This document shows positions 22,226-35,262 of a DNA stretch of 64,000 nt, piece by piece. Numbering within the stretch: the stretch's first letter is position 1; every line of letters begins with the position of its first letter. The stretch is from Vicugna vicugna (taxonomy: Eukaryota). The notes under the pieces were generated by a model. It made no database searches and was not told the origin of the DNA. It saw only the letters and a program-made list of their open reading frames with translations. Where the stretch lies: NCBI GenBank assembly GCA_013265495.1, contig MU058418.1, forward strand, positions 1,452,917 to 1,516,916. The letters are read 5' to 3'. Position numbers and translations under genes: made by a program.

Positions 22226-25200
22226 TAAGTTTGCATGTTTTAAATCTAGGAAATAAATCATTTCTGAGTGGTGTTTCAGGTTTCTAGCCTCTATACTTCC
22301 AAAATCAGCCAAAGCACTCTGGAAGCCACCCTTTGGCGAGGCCCTTCTCTCTCCAGTCTTCGAAGGGGCTTTGATTTGGATCCAACAAACAGCCCTCTCC
22401 CTTGCCCAGATTCTGTGGCACCTCTTCCCCATTTCCCGGAACCCACAGCATTCTAGGAAGGGGGATTCGAATGAGCAATCTGTTTGCAATAATGGTTAGT
22501 GGTTGTAGCAAAACAGCTAAAACTAATCTCAGATAGAGCATGGACCTTGTTCTGGAAAACTCCATTGCTACTGTTGGTCTGTAGAACAAAGGGCTCCAAG
22601 GACAAGATTTACAGCCTGGCTTGATAAGGCAAGTGTGAGAGTGGGGTGAAGGGGAGAAAGCCACATTTCCTCTTACTAAATAAAAAACTGAAAAGGCTGC
22701 GGGCGGTGGTGAGGGACAGAGATGGGATGAGGAGCTGGGGTCTGTCTGGTTTTGAGCGACCGCAGGAGCAGGGAAATCGTAGATTTGTTTTAAACAATTG
22801 AGACGATGTTGCCAAAGGGGGAAAGTTTGAAATCTGAACCTGGTAGCAAAAGTTACTGGACAATTCTCCATTCATTTGACATTAAAATGTGGGTAAATAA
22901 AAACCCTTAGGTAGTTTAGAAGCCTGATACCACCGGAAGGTCCCAGGAGGAGGCCCAATGTGGCCACCTGTGTCTAGAACCCGCCTCCCTCTGCAGGTCT
23001 CTATTTTAATGTGATTCAAGTCAGGGGAGGCTGCACAGGAGGCATCTTTTGTGCCCAGTGATTGGGCTGTAGATGGAGAACTGGGGAGAAGGGTGGCAGT
23101 GAGATTCTTCCCCGGCCTGGCTCCAGAAGTTGGCCTCAGAACCATGAGGACTTTTGAGAAACTAGAGAAAGTTATGGACACATCTTCCCGCTCGCTACAC
23201 AAGCCAGGCCATGAGCATAGAAGTGTGTGCTGTCTCAGACACCTCTGGGTCCCCTGACCCTCATAATGCCTTTGCTCCCAACAGTTGGCCCCCTTCACCT
23301 CCAGAATCAACTCTGAGTCCTTATTGCAGTGAGCAAACCTCCCAAGGCACAGCCCAAACTCCCCTACACGTTCGTACCAGGCACAGAGGATTTGGAGATT
23401 CCCTGAAGGTGCCGGGCACATCCAGGCTCCAGGCCTGTGTTCCTTCTGTGCTCTTTCTGCCTGCTTCTCTCTCTCTGCCAAACCCTGATTCACCCCTCAA
23501 GTTTTCTTTGCACTGACCCTGCTTGAATGAGGTCTTCCCCAGCCTTTCAGGTGGAGGTAGTTGCTCTCTTGTCGGCATTTTCAAAATGCTTGGACTTCAT
23601 TACATTCATTGAATGATGCTAACTATTATTTTACCTCCTATGTTTGTCACATGACACTTGTCCACCCAGTAGATTATGAACTACTTGAGGGCAGCAATGT
23701 ATGTCATCCTACCGTGGATCCCTCTTAGAGTCCACAGAAATGTCTGATTTTGAGGTTGGAGGGACTTAGAAATGCTGGAGAGAATAAATGATAACGGCAG
23801 AGCAGCTCCACTGTCTCAGGATGGACGGGGGTCTGGGCAGGGATGGGGCTATGAAAAACAGACACCCAGGGTCCTGCAAACAAGGGCTTGGCTCTGTGCC
23901 TGGGAGGCACCACCCAGCAGAGTGCCAGACCCTCACTCCTTGTACTGGGCTCAAAAGCAAAGTGCAAACTCATAGGATGTAAGATGGCATGAAATGGACT
24001 TTAAAAATTGTTTGTAATATACATTTTTTGCATGTGGCACTGAGTAAAAAGTTTTCTGGCAAAAAACTACCATCATTCATATTTCATGTGAAACTCCAGC
24101 CCCTTCCAGCATTTTTGACTCTTACAGTCTCCCTACTCTTTTTCTGAAACCAAAGGGTTCTTTGCTCTTTACCAAACAATTTAGGCCTTGTTCTCATTTT
24201 TCACTGGGGATGTTTAAAATGCTCTCGGGAAACAGTCCTACCATTCAGAAATCCCAAATATATCCATGAGCATTTATTATTCTTCAAGGTTACAGGAATT
24301 TTCCTTGGAAACTATTTGAATTTGAGTAGAATTTTGGCCTTTCATGTCTCTTCTTGCTTTTAAAATGAGTTTCGGTAAATCGAAGTCTCTGAACTGGTAT
24401 TTACTTATTTATTTTGCCACATTTAGCCTGTCTAAAGATGCTTTGTCATTAAAAAACAAGAAGTAATTTCAGGCTCTCCCCCTTAATTTCTTTTTAAAAA
24501 TTCACTGGGCAAGATATCCCAGCATTAAGCTGGTATTGGCATTAAAAGAAGGAGCCAACTGAACATAAAAAAGACATCTTTGGCATCTCTTTCAGCAATC
24601 TGAACAAAACCTCGAAAGCCATTCCACCTTCTGGTCCCAGCTTTGTAAATGAGACCCTGAATATGCCAGATTTCAGGGACTTTTTTATCTTTATGCTGAG
24701 ACACTTCTCTGAAGAGAATGAAATACATTGGGTATTGCCCGTGGAAACAAAAGCTTGCATATCCGAGGCACCAAGGGCAGGATGCTGCTGGCCTTACTTC
24801 TCACCCGGTGTTTTGGAGTGGAAAATGACAGCCTTGGCACGACAGTCTCTCCCATACGGCAAGTGTGTTGGCTGCAGAGCTACTCCTGTGTCCCAACAAT
24901 CTGTCCTGTCCAGGCTCAGCACAAGCTGTGGAGCCCAACCTGGAACAGGATTCTGCAAACAGGATCTCGCGCTACAACTGGGGACCCAGAAAGAGGGACT
25001 GCATGTGGTTCTTCCTGGGAGTGAGAGCACTGCCTGCCTGGTGGGCCCTTCCAGGGAAGAGTTGAGGGAACCTCTAAAGGATACGTAAAAACAGAGTGAC
25101 ATCTCTCCTAACACTGTCCTGTAACTAGAAGGGACATCCAGGTCCAGAAATGCTTCATATGCTCGTGTACAGTTGGGTTTGATCAGGTTTGGTGGGAAGC

Positions 25201-25234
25201 TCACAGATATGGGATCACATGACCTGAGGTCATC

Positions 25235-25375
25235 ACACTACTTCCTTTAGTGGCTGTGTGCCCTCAGGAATGTCATGTAACCTCTCTGGACCTGTAAAAT
25301 GTGGAGAGTAATATCCGCTTCTCTCCCCTTGGGTTGCCGTGCAAACCATATGATAACCTATAAAATGCCACTAAA
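25235..25375 (+). mobile_element. MIR SINE
   Basis: gctgtgtgccctcaggaatgtcatgtaacctctctggacctgtaaaatg. Confidence 0.65.
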
Positions 25376-27814
25376 CAGAGGTGGTGGCATCATGACTGTC
25401 TGGGGCTCTGTGCTGAGTGTGCGCTCTGAGCAGTTGCCCTGACCTCCAGGCAACTAGCTTTTGACTTGCGTTTACCAAGACATTTGGCTTCATGGTTATT
25501 TTTCCACGCCCAACACCCTGCTCTGTTGTCACTTGTTCTCCTGCATCACCTGGGACCTTGGCTGAACCCTTCTGCCTCCCCCCATCTATGCGTCTGCTAC
25601 TCCCTCTGGAAGAAGAATCTGTTCCCTAACTCCACCTGTCTCAGGGAGACCCATCAGAGCAAGTCAAGTTCATTTACTAAGCCAGCATTTATTGAGGTTT
25701 TATTCTGTACCCTAATGTAGAATCATGAGGAAAAGGAAACTCTGGCCCTAGAAGAAGAGACCAACAAGTGATCGTCAGTTCTGGGCAGTGGAATTAGGTT
25801 ACAAAAGAAAAATGGGGACAATGCCATGGAGGCGATTGTGAGCCCTGCACTTAAAGAGCAGGGTTAAAAGGGATCTTCTTGCCAGTATAACTTCATGGAT
25901 GCCTCTGCAAAAGAACTCGTGCTGTGTGCATCTAGGGAGAGATGGTGAAAGGAGGAACAATTCTGCCTTCTTGCACAGGGTTGGTCCCTGTAACACTCAG
26001 AGACCCGGGAGAGAGGTTTCCACACTTCTTACCATGTTCTCAGGTGTATTGTCCTGGGAGTGTCCTAAGCAGCCTGGAGTGGAGACGTCATGCACCAAAC
26101 ATAGGGTGATGTCACACCCGGGCACTTGGCTGACTTGCCCGCTGAAAGTCATTTCTTATTGGGGTCAAAGTAACACTTAGCAGTCACAGAGTCTGATAAG
26201 GTGGTAATGAGTGATCAAGCCACAGCATATGGGGGAGAGTCAGGCATGCAAGAGGGCAATCTTCCCTGACTCACCGACCGGGTGACTTTTTCCAGCCACA
26301 CCTTGAAGCTGGTGGAGAGGTCCCCTCCCATCTTCAATCCACAGCTGAAGGGAGAACGTCATCTGGACGCAGGTAGGGTGAGCAGGGCACTAGACAGGTG
26401 GCCATAGTACCAACTAAATTATATGGAAATGATTTCATTTATTCATTCACTTATAACCAGTTTATCAAATGGGCTGGACTTGGTGGGATATAACCAGGAA
26501 ATTGCTTCTTTTTTCTCTCTCTCTCATCACTGCCCTTTCAACTTGTTCTGTCAAATCTTTCACTGGTCAATATCCCAGGCAGATCCCAGAACTGTTCAAT
26601 CCCTTCCAGGTATTAATGAACTGTCCTCATGTTAGAGTATTAAAAAGCTTGGTTTAGTATACATTTTCAACTATTTCCTGCCAAATTCAAAGCTATTTCC
26701 TCTTCTGTGAGCTCAGGTTTGACCAAAGCTCAAAAAGGTTGCACAGTCTTTTATTATTGCATTGTCTCTTGCTTTCCACTAGCTGCTTCTGACTCCCCTA
26801 AGTAGAGGAAGAGCAGAGAGAAGAGAATAAGCAAAAATGTCTTTTACCTGACTGGATCTGCTGTAATGCAGCCATTGGTATCCTGAGTACAGATGCTCAG
26901 GGACTGGTTCTTTCCCTTGTAAGGCATTTTAGTGGGTTCCTTGGTCCTGCCCCATCCCATCCAGGGCCTGTGCCTTGCAGTGCCTCTCTGGCTGACTCTT
27001 ACGACTCCCCTTCAGCTCCAGGGCCAGTGGGAGACCCCACATGGCATCTAAAGCTTGTTTCACTTCTCCCTGGTGGTCAAGGCCCTTGACTGGTCCTGTC
27101 AAGAGGACTCAAGCCTAGCTACCATCTTTAGGGTTCACATGGTCCACAGAGAAACTTTTCACCTATTGTCTCAGCAAGCTCTGGAAGTATAGGCCTCACC
27201 AAAGAATTTTTGTTCTCCCAAGATGGTGCCACTGGGGCAGGCCCACAAAGACCCCACAGCTCAGCAAGTATCCACCAGGAAGGGAGATTTATTCTCTGCT
27301 CCTGGCAGACTCCCCCACTCTTTGAGTGGTCCTCTCAGAACTGTCCTCACTTGGTTCAAGGATAGGGAAGCACTCCCTCCCCTCCTTGAAGGAGAAGAAA
27401 AGGAAAATAAATAAATGCATAATACTTCTTACTAAAACTCCCTTACAATCAATCTAAAACTGTATCTATGTATCTATATCATCTATAGCTCTTGTTTTGG
27501 CTAACCCTTAACAAGTCTTTCATGGATGGAAGCTGCATCTCTCTTTAGCATATGGGGCCACTTGTTACCCATCTCACCTTTGGGCATCAGCTGAAGTTCC
27601 CAAACAACAGAAAAATTCCAATTTAACTTTCTGTTATTCACTAATACATTCAGCCAGAAGATTTATTCAGCAAACACTCATCCAGTACGTGTCAGCATGT
27701 GCCCAGGACTATGTCCAGGTGTACCCAGTAAGGAGCATAACTGGCCTGGACCTGGCCCCATTCTGGGTGTGTTAGGTGGATCCACCATGGCAGGCCTCCT
27801 AAAACCTTTCCAGA

Positions 27815-28110
27815 ACATCTACATCTGATTAATCCAACATCCTATCAGCTGGAACTCTGTTATTCAGCACTGGCATATGATGACTACAAAGACAGTTGTA
27901 ACTTCATGTCTATAATAATGGTCCCTAGTGCTGCAAGATCCAGAAGTGCCTTTTGAGTCGTCGCTGGTAACTTAATCATCGGCATTGTTTTAGTGTTGAG
28001 TAAATTTTCCTGATATCTGATTCTTGAGCAAGTACAAACTTAGTTATGTTTCTATTTTAACACTAAGTAGACATATACTCCAAGATAGAGATGGTTTCCT
28101 ATAATCAGAA
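27815..28110. mobile_element. Possible ancient Tigger (Tigger15-like) fragment
   Basis: gattaatccaacatcctatcagctggaactctgttattcagcac resembles a recalled Tigger15 terminus. Confidence 0.35.
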
Positions 28111-29883
28111 TATTTGTTAAATCATAACTTCCCATTATTTGACCAGATTGGGTTCAGAACATTTTCCTGCTTGTTTATAGAGTACTTCATAATTCTATGC
28201 AGTGTGCAATGTACATATGTGCATATGTACATATGTATGTAAATTTTTTCCTTTTTTCTTTTTTTTGTGTGTATATTTTCTTTTATTAGATTGAATTTTC
28301 CTGGTATTTCCCCTTTTATCCAAAAAAAAAAAATGAAAGTACCCACTTTCCTGGCTTCCATGGATAACTCACTGAAACATTTAATTTAACCTGATTTTTT
28401 AAAATGCAAAGTTACATGTTTTTAAACCCCAGTCCTGTTCTTGGCACCACCAATCAAAAACATTCAACTTAGAATGTCTGCCTTGTTCCTGAAGTTGGAG
28501 TCTACGTGTTTTGATTTTATGGGAATTTTTTTTCATCTCATTAAACCTCAGCAGAGATGAAAAGTTTTCATCCTGTGCAGGGAAAAACACCAGAGAATCT
28601 TTATTGTTGTCAACTATTACATTTAAAAAGTCTTGCATTCTGACCCCAGTTCCCTGATGCGATGTATAAATCTCGTTAATCTTGTAAATATGATTTTTCA
28701 AGAGCAAAGAGTTTCTTCCTTTATTATGCCTAATTTGTGTACTAGCACGTAGTCCAAGTGTTGGCAGATTATAATATATCTTAAAGGGGACTGAAGTATA
28801 AGAATAACTACTTATTTGCAGGTGTGTTATGAAATACACCCCAATAGTCACTTTATATTTGAGAGGCAGAAAAATAGGCACCTAGCAACAGCATGCCATC
28901 ACTCAGGATTAGAGAAAAGCCATTTTACATTGAGAGCTATTACCACCCCCCTTTGGGGGGCTGTCAGGCAAGCGCATTTAATTACACAGAAGACCCTCAC
29001 AAGGAGACTGGGCTGTTGATTGTCCACGTGCATGATGAATGACAGCAGTGACATCCTCAAACGATAGATTTTGGTGGAAATAGGACTCTTGGGGGAGCCT
29101 TCCAGACAGGTTCATAAGTCAGTCCTGTGCAGAGACCCCAGACTCTGCTTGAGGACCCCATCCTCCCTCCCTCTCTTCCCCTCTGAGTAGATTTCTAGGA
29201 GGGACTGCCTCCCCCTAGGACCCAGAAAAAAGGATTGGGCACTTAACACCCTTTCAGGATCCATCTTCCCCCACCAGCCACCAGAGAGAGCATGAAAATG
29301 CAGAGCCCACATTAGCATCCAATTAGGTTGAATTTTCAGAAGGTTGTTTCTCACACCAGTTAGGACACGTAAGAAGTAGCAGGAGGCAAGCAAAAGTGAT
29401 GAAGTTGGAAGAAAACATTCAAAACCTAACATTCAGCTGGAGAGAAATTCCTTGAGGAACCCTACAGGTGCTTGCATCTGGGCCGGTGCAGGGCACTGCC
29501 CACCAAGGCCCCCAAGGCCACTCTGCAGATGTTCACTGAGCCTGAGGGTACACAGCCCTGCCCTCCAACAGTTCCCTTTCACGCAGGGAAGCTTGGCACC
29601 CAGGAGACATCCCAGAAGCAGAATAGTCTCTCTGTGTCATGAGGACTTGGGAGCAGACAGAAATTCACACATGATCAAGTCAACGTCTTGCCTTGAAGTC
29701 TTGGCCTATGTTGGTTAATAGAGGAATGTAAAGTGAAGCAGTGCAGTAGGGATTCGATGCATGGGGAAGTCAGGGCTGGAGGGGAGATGGACTCTCCCTC
29801 TCTCCTTAAAAAACAGACAGAAAGAAAGAAAGAAAAAGCAGGAAGGGAGGGAGGGAGAAACAGCAAAAAATGGTATCCATGAG

Positions 29884-30089
29884 AAATACATAGTGGTGTT
29901 GATTGCAACAACACTGTGAATGTAACTAATGCCACTGAATTGTACACTTAAAATGGTTAAAATGCCAAATTTTATATGTATATATTTACCACAGTTAAAA
30001 AAATAGTGTAATATACCCCAAACCACTGAATTGTACATTTTAAATGGGTGAATTTTATGGTATGTGACTATCTCAATAAAGCTGTTTTT
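29884..30089 (+). mobile_element. L1MB-type 3' end insertion with TSD
   Basis: aatgccactgaattgtacacttaaaatgg...ctcaataaagctgtttttaaa; TSD aaaaatg(g/t)tatccatgag at 29866-29883 and 30090-30107. Confidence 0.9.
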
Positions 30090-32469
30090 AAAAATGTTAT
30101 CCATGAGCTCTGTGTGTGTGCATGAGCTCATGTGAGCATGAGATGGAGACAGGCCAGCAGGAGAGATTGCCAAATTCTCAGTTAATTTACTTTGGGGGGA
30201 AACGTCAGAGTGAGGATAAACAAAGACGGGGAGGAGAAATGTAACATGTCTGCCCCTTGTTTACATGTCCCTGGAGAAAAGGAGAAAGATGTAAAGCATG
30301 ATGGATGCTAAAATAGTATCATAATAGTACAGGCTTCACATTCTTTTATAAGAGGGAAGATTCTCTGCTTTCTCTATGCACTTTGTTGTCAAAGTCAGAG
30401 GCATGGCCAGCTCTGTCTGCAGAGGCTCGTGAAGATGAAGTTGTGGCAACAAATGATCAAGCTCAAGCTTCTATTTTCCTGTGAAATATCTGATTGTGCT
30501 TAGGAGTGCAGCACATCTCTGATTATACCTTGGAGCCAGTATCCTTTTTCCTGGAGACACACCTTCAAGGACAAGGGGGCATGGTGGAAGTGATGCTGGG
30601 TCTGGGTCAAAGACCGTCTCCCTGCCTGGGAGACCTTGAGCCTTCAGGTCATTGGACTGGTCTTCTTTGGCCATAAAATGCAGATGATGATACCTCCCAT
30701 GCCTTCTCCTTGGAGTGGCGTGAGAAGCGAAATACAAACAAGATAACAAGTGAACGTTCAGTAAACTGAATCACCGCCTTTGTGGAAGTTGTTCTGGAGG
30801 CACGTAATAGAAACCCAAAAAATAAGCCAAAAAAGAAGGCAACGAGTTGAAAGGATACTGTGGAATCTCTCAGAACCTGTGGGCAGGAAGTGGGGCTGGA
30901 TCCAGAAATGGGCTCTGGAGAGCTGAGAACACAGGCCACTCACTCACTTTGGCTCCTCTGAGTATCCACCTGTTTTCATTTCCCCCTCCCTGTGCAGACT
31001 GGCTTCTGTCTTTCGGGCTTACAGGGCCAAATATGGTCGCCCTATGGCACCTGTAATTACACACCCTCCACTCAAGCCATGAGCCCAGACTTTTCTATTG
31101 GGTCCTTGTTCACATTGGTTCAGCCTGGTCTGGGGATTCACTCCTTGTTGGCCATCCTTTGTCCATCCCCGTTGCTACAAAGTGGGCAGGCACCAGGAGA
31201 GGTGCCTCCTACAAACGCTATGGCAACATCTGAGGGTCTGATTACAGCAGTCAATGGAAGAGTGAGATTCGATTTGAAGAACCTCCTCTTGTAATGTCCT
31301 CGTCCCTGCCGTCTTCTGTGAGTCCGGTCCTGGGAGCTCTGTGGAGGCTGACCCTGGCTGGGCACCAAGGCAAAGTGAGCAAAGGTGAGGCCAGAGGCCC
31401 ATCAGTCAGCGTGGCTAGGCTGACATGGTGCCTCGGGGGTCCTGAGGCTGCCTTGCAGCTCCTCTGAAACGTGACTGGGCTGTTCTGCTTGTGCCCAGGG
31501 GTCCATGTTCCATTTTTCATAAAAAGTCTTAATAAATGAGAGTGGGTACAGGTCATAGGAATGCATTTCAAGCAGCTCCAGCCAAAAAGGAGATTATTCT
31601 GGGGCTGCTTCTCTGAATCCCCCTGTCATTTCCTGCCTGCTGCCCTTTGAGCTATTGCACTGTTTTCCGGCTCTCCGCCCAGGGGCAGACGTGATAAGTC
31701 CAGCACTGATTTCCTCCCATGAACGGACAGTGAGGAAGATGCTGAATTAAGGGCTGCTGATTTTTTCCCCCTTCTTTTTCTTTCCTTGCCTGTGGTCTGC
31801 AATTCCCTGTTCCCCTCTTGGCCTTCAGAGCTGTGAGAGGGTGAGCAGGTGTTGAGAGCAACTTGGTTCTTTTTGAGTCAATCTCATTAGATGGAAAAGA
31901 TCCAACTCTCTCTGGGGAGCTGGCAGCTCTTCCAAGGCCAGACCACTGGGCAAGGCTCCCAGTAGCTGTGCTGGCCTGTTTGGCGTCCCCAGAAGCTGGG
32001 CCAGGCCTGCTCGCCCCTACGAGCAGGCTGCTTCTCCAACAGACATACGGATAATTGGATGCCTCTATATACTGCAGTAGTGTAAGATGGTCTCTCTACC
32101 AGGCTTGCAGAAAAGAAAAAAGAACAGCTGAGAACACTTCCTCTGTCCCCTCCGGTCTGTGCCATCCTCCTGTCTCTTCCATCTCCTCTGCTGTTGAGCA
32201 TGGGGAGCCAGTAACTGACCTCTGGCCAGTGGGCCTGCTCTGTGCACTGTGGAAGATGCTTGTGGCGGGAAGGGCAAGGGTGAGGGAGGGTAGGCGTGCA
32301 GAAGACCAGGCCTCTTCCTGGCCCGGAATCTAAGTGGGCAAATATACTGCAGGTCCCTGCAGGACTTGAGCCTTAAGGATTCACCCTTAAGAAGCCACCA
32401 AGGTAAACAAGTACATGATTACATTCATGGCTAGTTATTTAATAACAGGCATCTAGTTCTAATCAGCTT

Positions 32470-32655
32470 ACATTTGTCAGTTCATTTAATCCTCACTGTT
32501 CTACAAGGTAGATACTTAATATTAGCTCCATTGTACAGATGAGAAAATTGAGGCACCAACTGGTTAAGTAACATGCCCCATTTCACAAGATGAATAAGTG
32601 GCAGAGCCAGGATTCGAACCCAGATAGCCCGCCTCAGGAGTCAATCCTCAAACTG
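32470..32655 (-). mobile_element. MIR SINE
   Basis: catttaatcctcac...tacagatgagaaaattgaggcac...taagtggcagagccaggattcgaacccag. Confidence 0.92.
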
Positions 32656-33127
32656 CTTCCCATGCTCTCAGCCTCTCATGATGCAAACGAAACATGGAGG
32701 ACAGGATGGAGTCAGTCTTTGCTCTTGTGTGCTGTGATCATTTAAAAGATGCTACTAGGGAGAAGATATGTTCTTAAAGTAACCATTGGAAAAGCAAGTT
32801 TTAGTGAAAAAGTTTCCTGACCCATCAGAAGCTCAGCAGTTGGCTCATCATTTCACTAACTTCCCTCTAGAGTCAAACTGGCTGTCCTCACTGCCATTAA
32901 CAGAGAGGAGGTGTGACCTTGCTGTGCAGGGGGAGGGAGGGCTGGTCATTATTTAAGCAATGCGATCTGATGGGGGGTGCTGGAAAGTGAACAAAAGTGG
33001 GAATTATTGCAGAGAATCTCACCCTGACGTTTATTGTGATTTTAAAATCTGTGAACATATGGTAACTGCTGGAAGCATGGAATAACAGTTGGAAACAAGT
33101 AGACTTAAGGAACAAAATCAGCTACTC

Positions 33128-33480
33128 TTTTTTTTTTTTAAAAAATAACACGTTATTTTTTAAATTGAAGTATAGTTGATTTACAATATTGTATTAGTTT
33201 CAGGTGTACAACATAGTAATTCAATATTTTTATAGATTATACTCCATTTAATGTTATAAAATATTGGCTATATTCCCATGCTGTACAATAAATCCTTGTA
33301 CCTTATTTATTTTATATATAGTAGTTTGTTTCTCTTAATCCCCCATCCTCTCTCCCCACTGGTAACCATTAGTTTGTTCTCTAATCTGTGAGTCTGTTTT
33401 GTTATATTCATTCATTTGTTTTATTTTGTAGATTCCTCACCTATAAGTGATAACATACAGTACCTGTTTTTCTCTTGTAC
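33128..33480 (-). mobile_element. L1 3' UTR fragment, same family as 15545-16420
   Basis: gtatagttgatttacaatatt...tttcaggtgtacaacatagt...aaaatattggctatat shared with 15580-15900; poly(T) at the left. Confidence 0.92.
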
Positions 33481-34012
33481 TACTTCACTTTGCTTCTCTT
33501 TTTCCCACAACCCATTTTTGCTCCCAAATCTGAAAAAAGCACAGAAGAAAGTCCAAGATAAAACATCCCCCTTTCTTCAATCCATTCCCCACCCTTACCA
33601 GTGTAAGCGTTTCCCTGGCCTATAACAGAAGTTAGTATTTTGGCTCTCGGCTGTGGTATTTCTATGTGATGTGTCCTTCCCTGGTTTTGGTTGGATTTTA
33701 AATTCCACTTCTTTTTTTTAGAGAGCTGGATGGGGAGCTGAAAACGAGGGGATGGCATTTTGTTTAGGATCCTTGGTGGTCCTTGGGAATTCAGGCCAAG
33801 AGCTACTTCTCTTGCCAGTTGAGGGAGCCCCACTGTGTGGCTAGGCAACAACCCCCTCCCCCTCCCCCTCACCCTCCCTAGACACACTCCCCCTCCCGGC
33901 ACTGGCCATCCAGCAAAACCCTGTGTCCTCTGCCTCTCCTCTGACTCCTTTGGGAGCATCCTGGTGATGTTCACTCCCCTTCTTTGTGCTTGCTGCTGAT
34001 TCCACTTAGCCT

Positions 34013-34391
34013 TGATCTTAGTCTACTCAAGCTGCTATAACGAAAATACCAGACTAGGTAGCTTATAAACCACAGAAATGTATTTCTCATGGTTATGGCT
34101 CTGGAGGCTGTGAAGTCCAAGATCAAGGTGCCAGCAGATTCGATGTCTGTCTGCTTCCTAGTTCATAGATGGCTGTGTCTTCTCACTGGGTCCTCATCGG
34201 GCAGAAGGGCTGAGAGAGCTGCCTGGGGTCTTTGTTATGAGGGCACCAGTCCCATTCATGAGGGCTCCACCCTCACAACCTAATCACCTCCCAGAGGCCC
34301 ACCTCCTAGTACCATCGCCTTGGGGGAATAGGCTTCAACACAAGAATTTTCATGGGGGGATGGGCAGTACACAAATGTTCAGTCTACAGCA
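34013..34391 (-). mobile_element. MaLR solo LTR, MLT1A-like
   Basis: cttagtctactcaagctgctataacgaaaatacca...ctggaggctgtgaagtccaagatcaaggtgccagcagattc...cagtctacagca. Confidence 0.9.
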
Positions 34392-34815
34392 ACCTCTCTG
34401 ACTGTCTAGTTTACATGTTTTGTCTCCCTCTTCCAAACAGTAAGATTCTGGAGGGTCTAAACCTTATATTCTTTGTCCACTGCCTGCTTCACTCCATCAG
34501 CAAGCAACACTGTCTCCACAGTGTCTGCATACACTCATTTTGTGGGCTTAGTGCTGAGCACACTGTCTTTGATCAAGGAATGAATCCACCGCTTTTCAGA
34601 GATTTCCCTGTTTTCTGAATCCTCTTCTTTCCTAATCAAGTTGTCTTGGGAACTAGGGGAACTAGCGTCCCTCCTCAGAGTGAGAGGTGCAGAAGTCCAT
34701 TTCCTGGGTAAACCCAGGCTCCCCCAGATGCCTGCCCTTTCACATCATGAACTCTCCCAAAAAAACCAGTCCAGACAGCAACTTCTTGTCTAAACACATC
34801 TCTCTAGAAAGCCCT

Positions 34816-35262
34816 ATGCAGAAAGTGCTAGTTTCTAATGTAACATCCACTCTCTCCTTCTTTCTTAGTAACAGAGCCACAGTGTTAATCCAGGTGGCAT
34901 GTAGCCAATAAAAAGACTATGATTCTCTACCTCTCTTGTAGAAAAGGAAAGCAGAAATTGTTGGATGGAACTTCTGGGAAAGACTTTTTTGCCATTCCAT
35001 CCTACCTGCCTCCTATTGTTTGGGATGTGGATGTGATGGCTGGAGCTGCAATAGCCATACTGAGGCCACAAAGAAAAGACTAAAAGAATCACAAAGACTC
35101 AAACCTGCTTTTCTTGATTCTAATTGATTCTTGAGTCACTGAACCAATCAGTAAATACCCATACCTGAATTTCTCATAACATTAAAAAGAAAAAAAACCA
35201 AACCACTATGTGTTTAAGCCAGTTCTGTTATTAGCAATCAAAAGCAATTCCTAATTGACACA
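34816..35262 (+). mobile_element. Old MaLR LTR (MLT1J-like)
   Basis: gatgtgatggctggagctgcaatagccatactg...tgtttaagcca...aaagcaattcctaattgacaca. Confidence 0.7.

Noticed and set aside
23143..23257. accATG-MRTFEKLEKVMD..., superficially like a CDK N-terminus
   Set aside because: No GxGxxG or further kinase motifs follow; a short chance resemblance.
22305..23493. Longest ORFs (188 and 203 aa, minus strand)
   Set aside because: Random-like composition (Cys/Pro/Ser/Arg rich), no domain and no splice structure.
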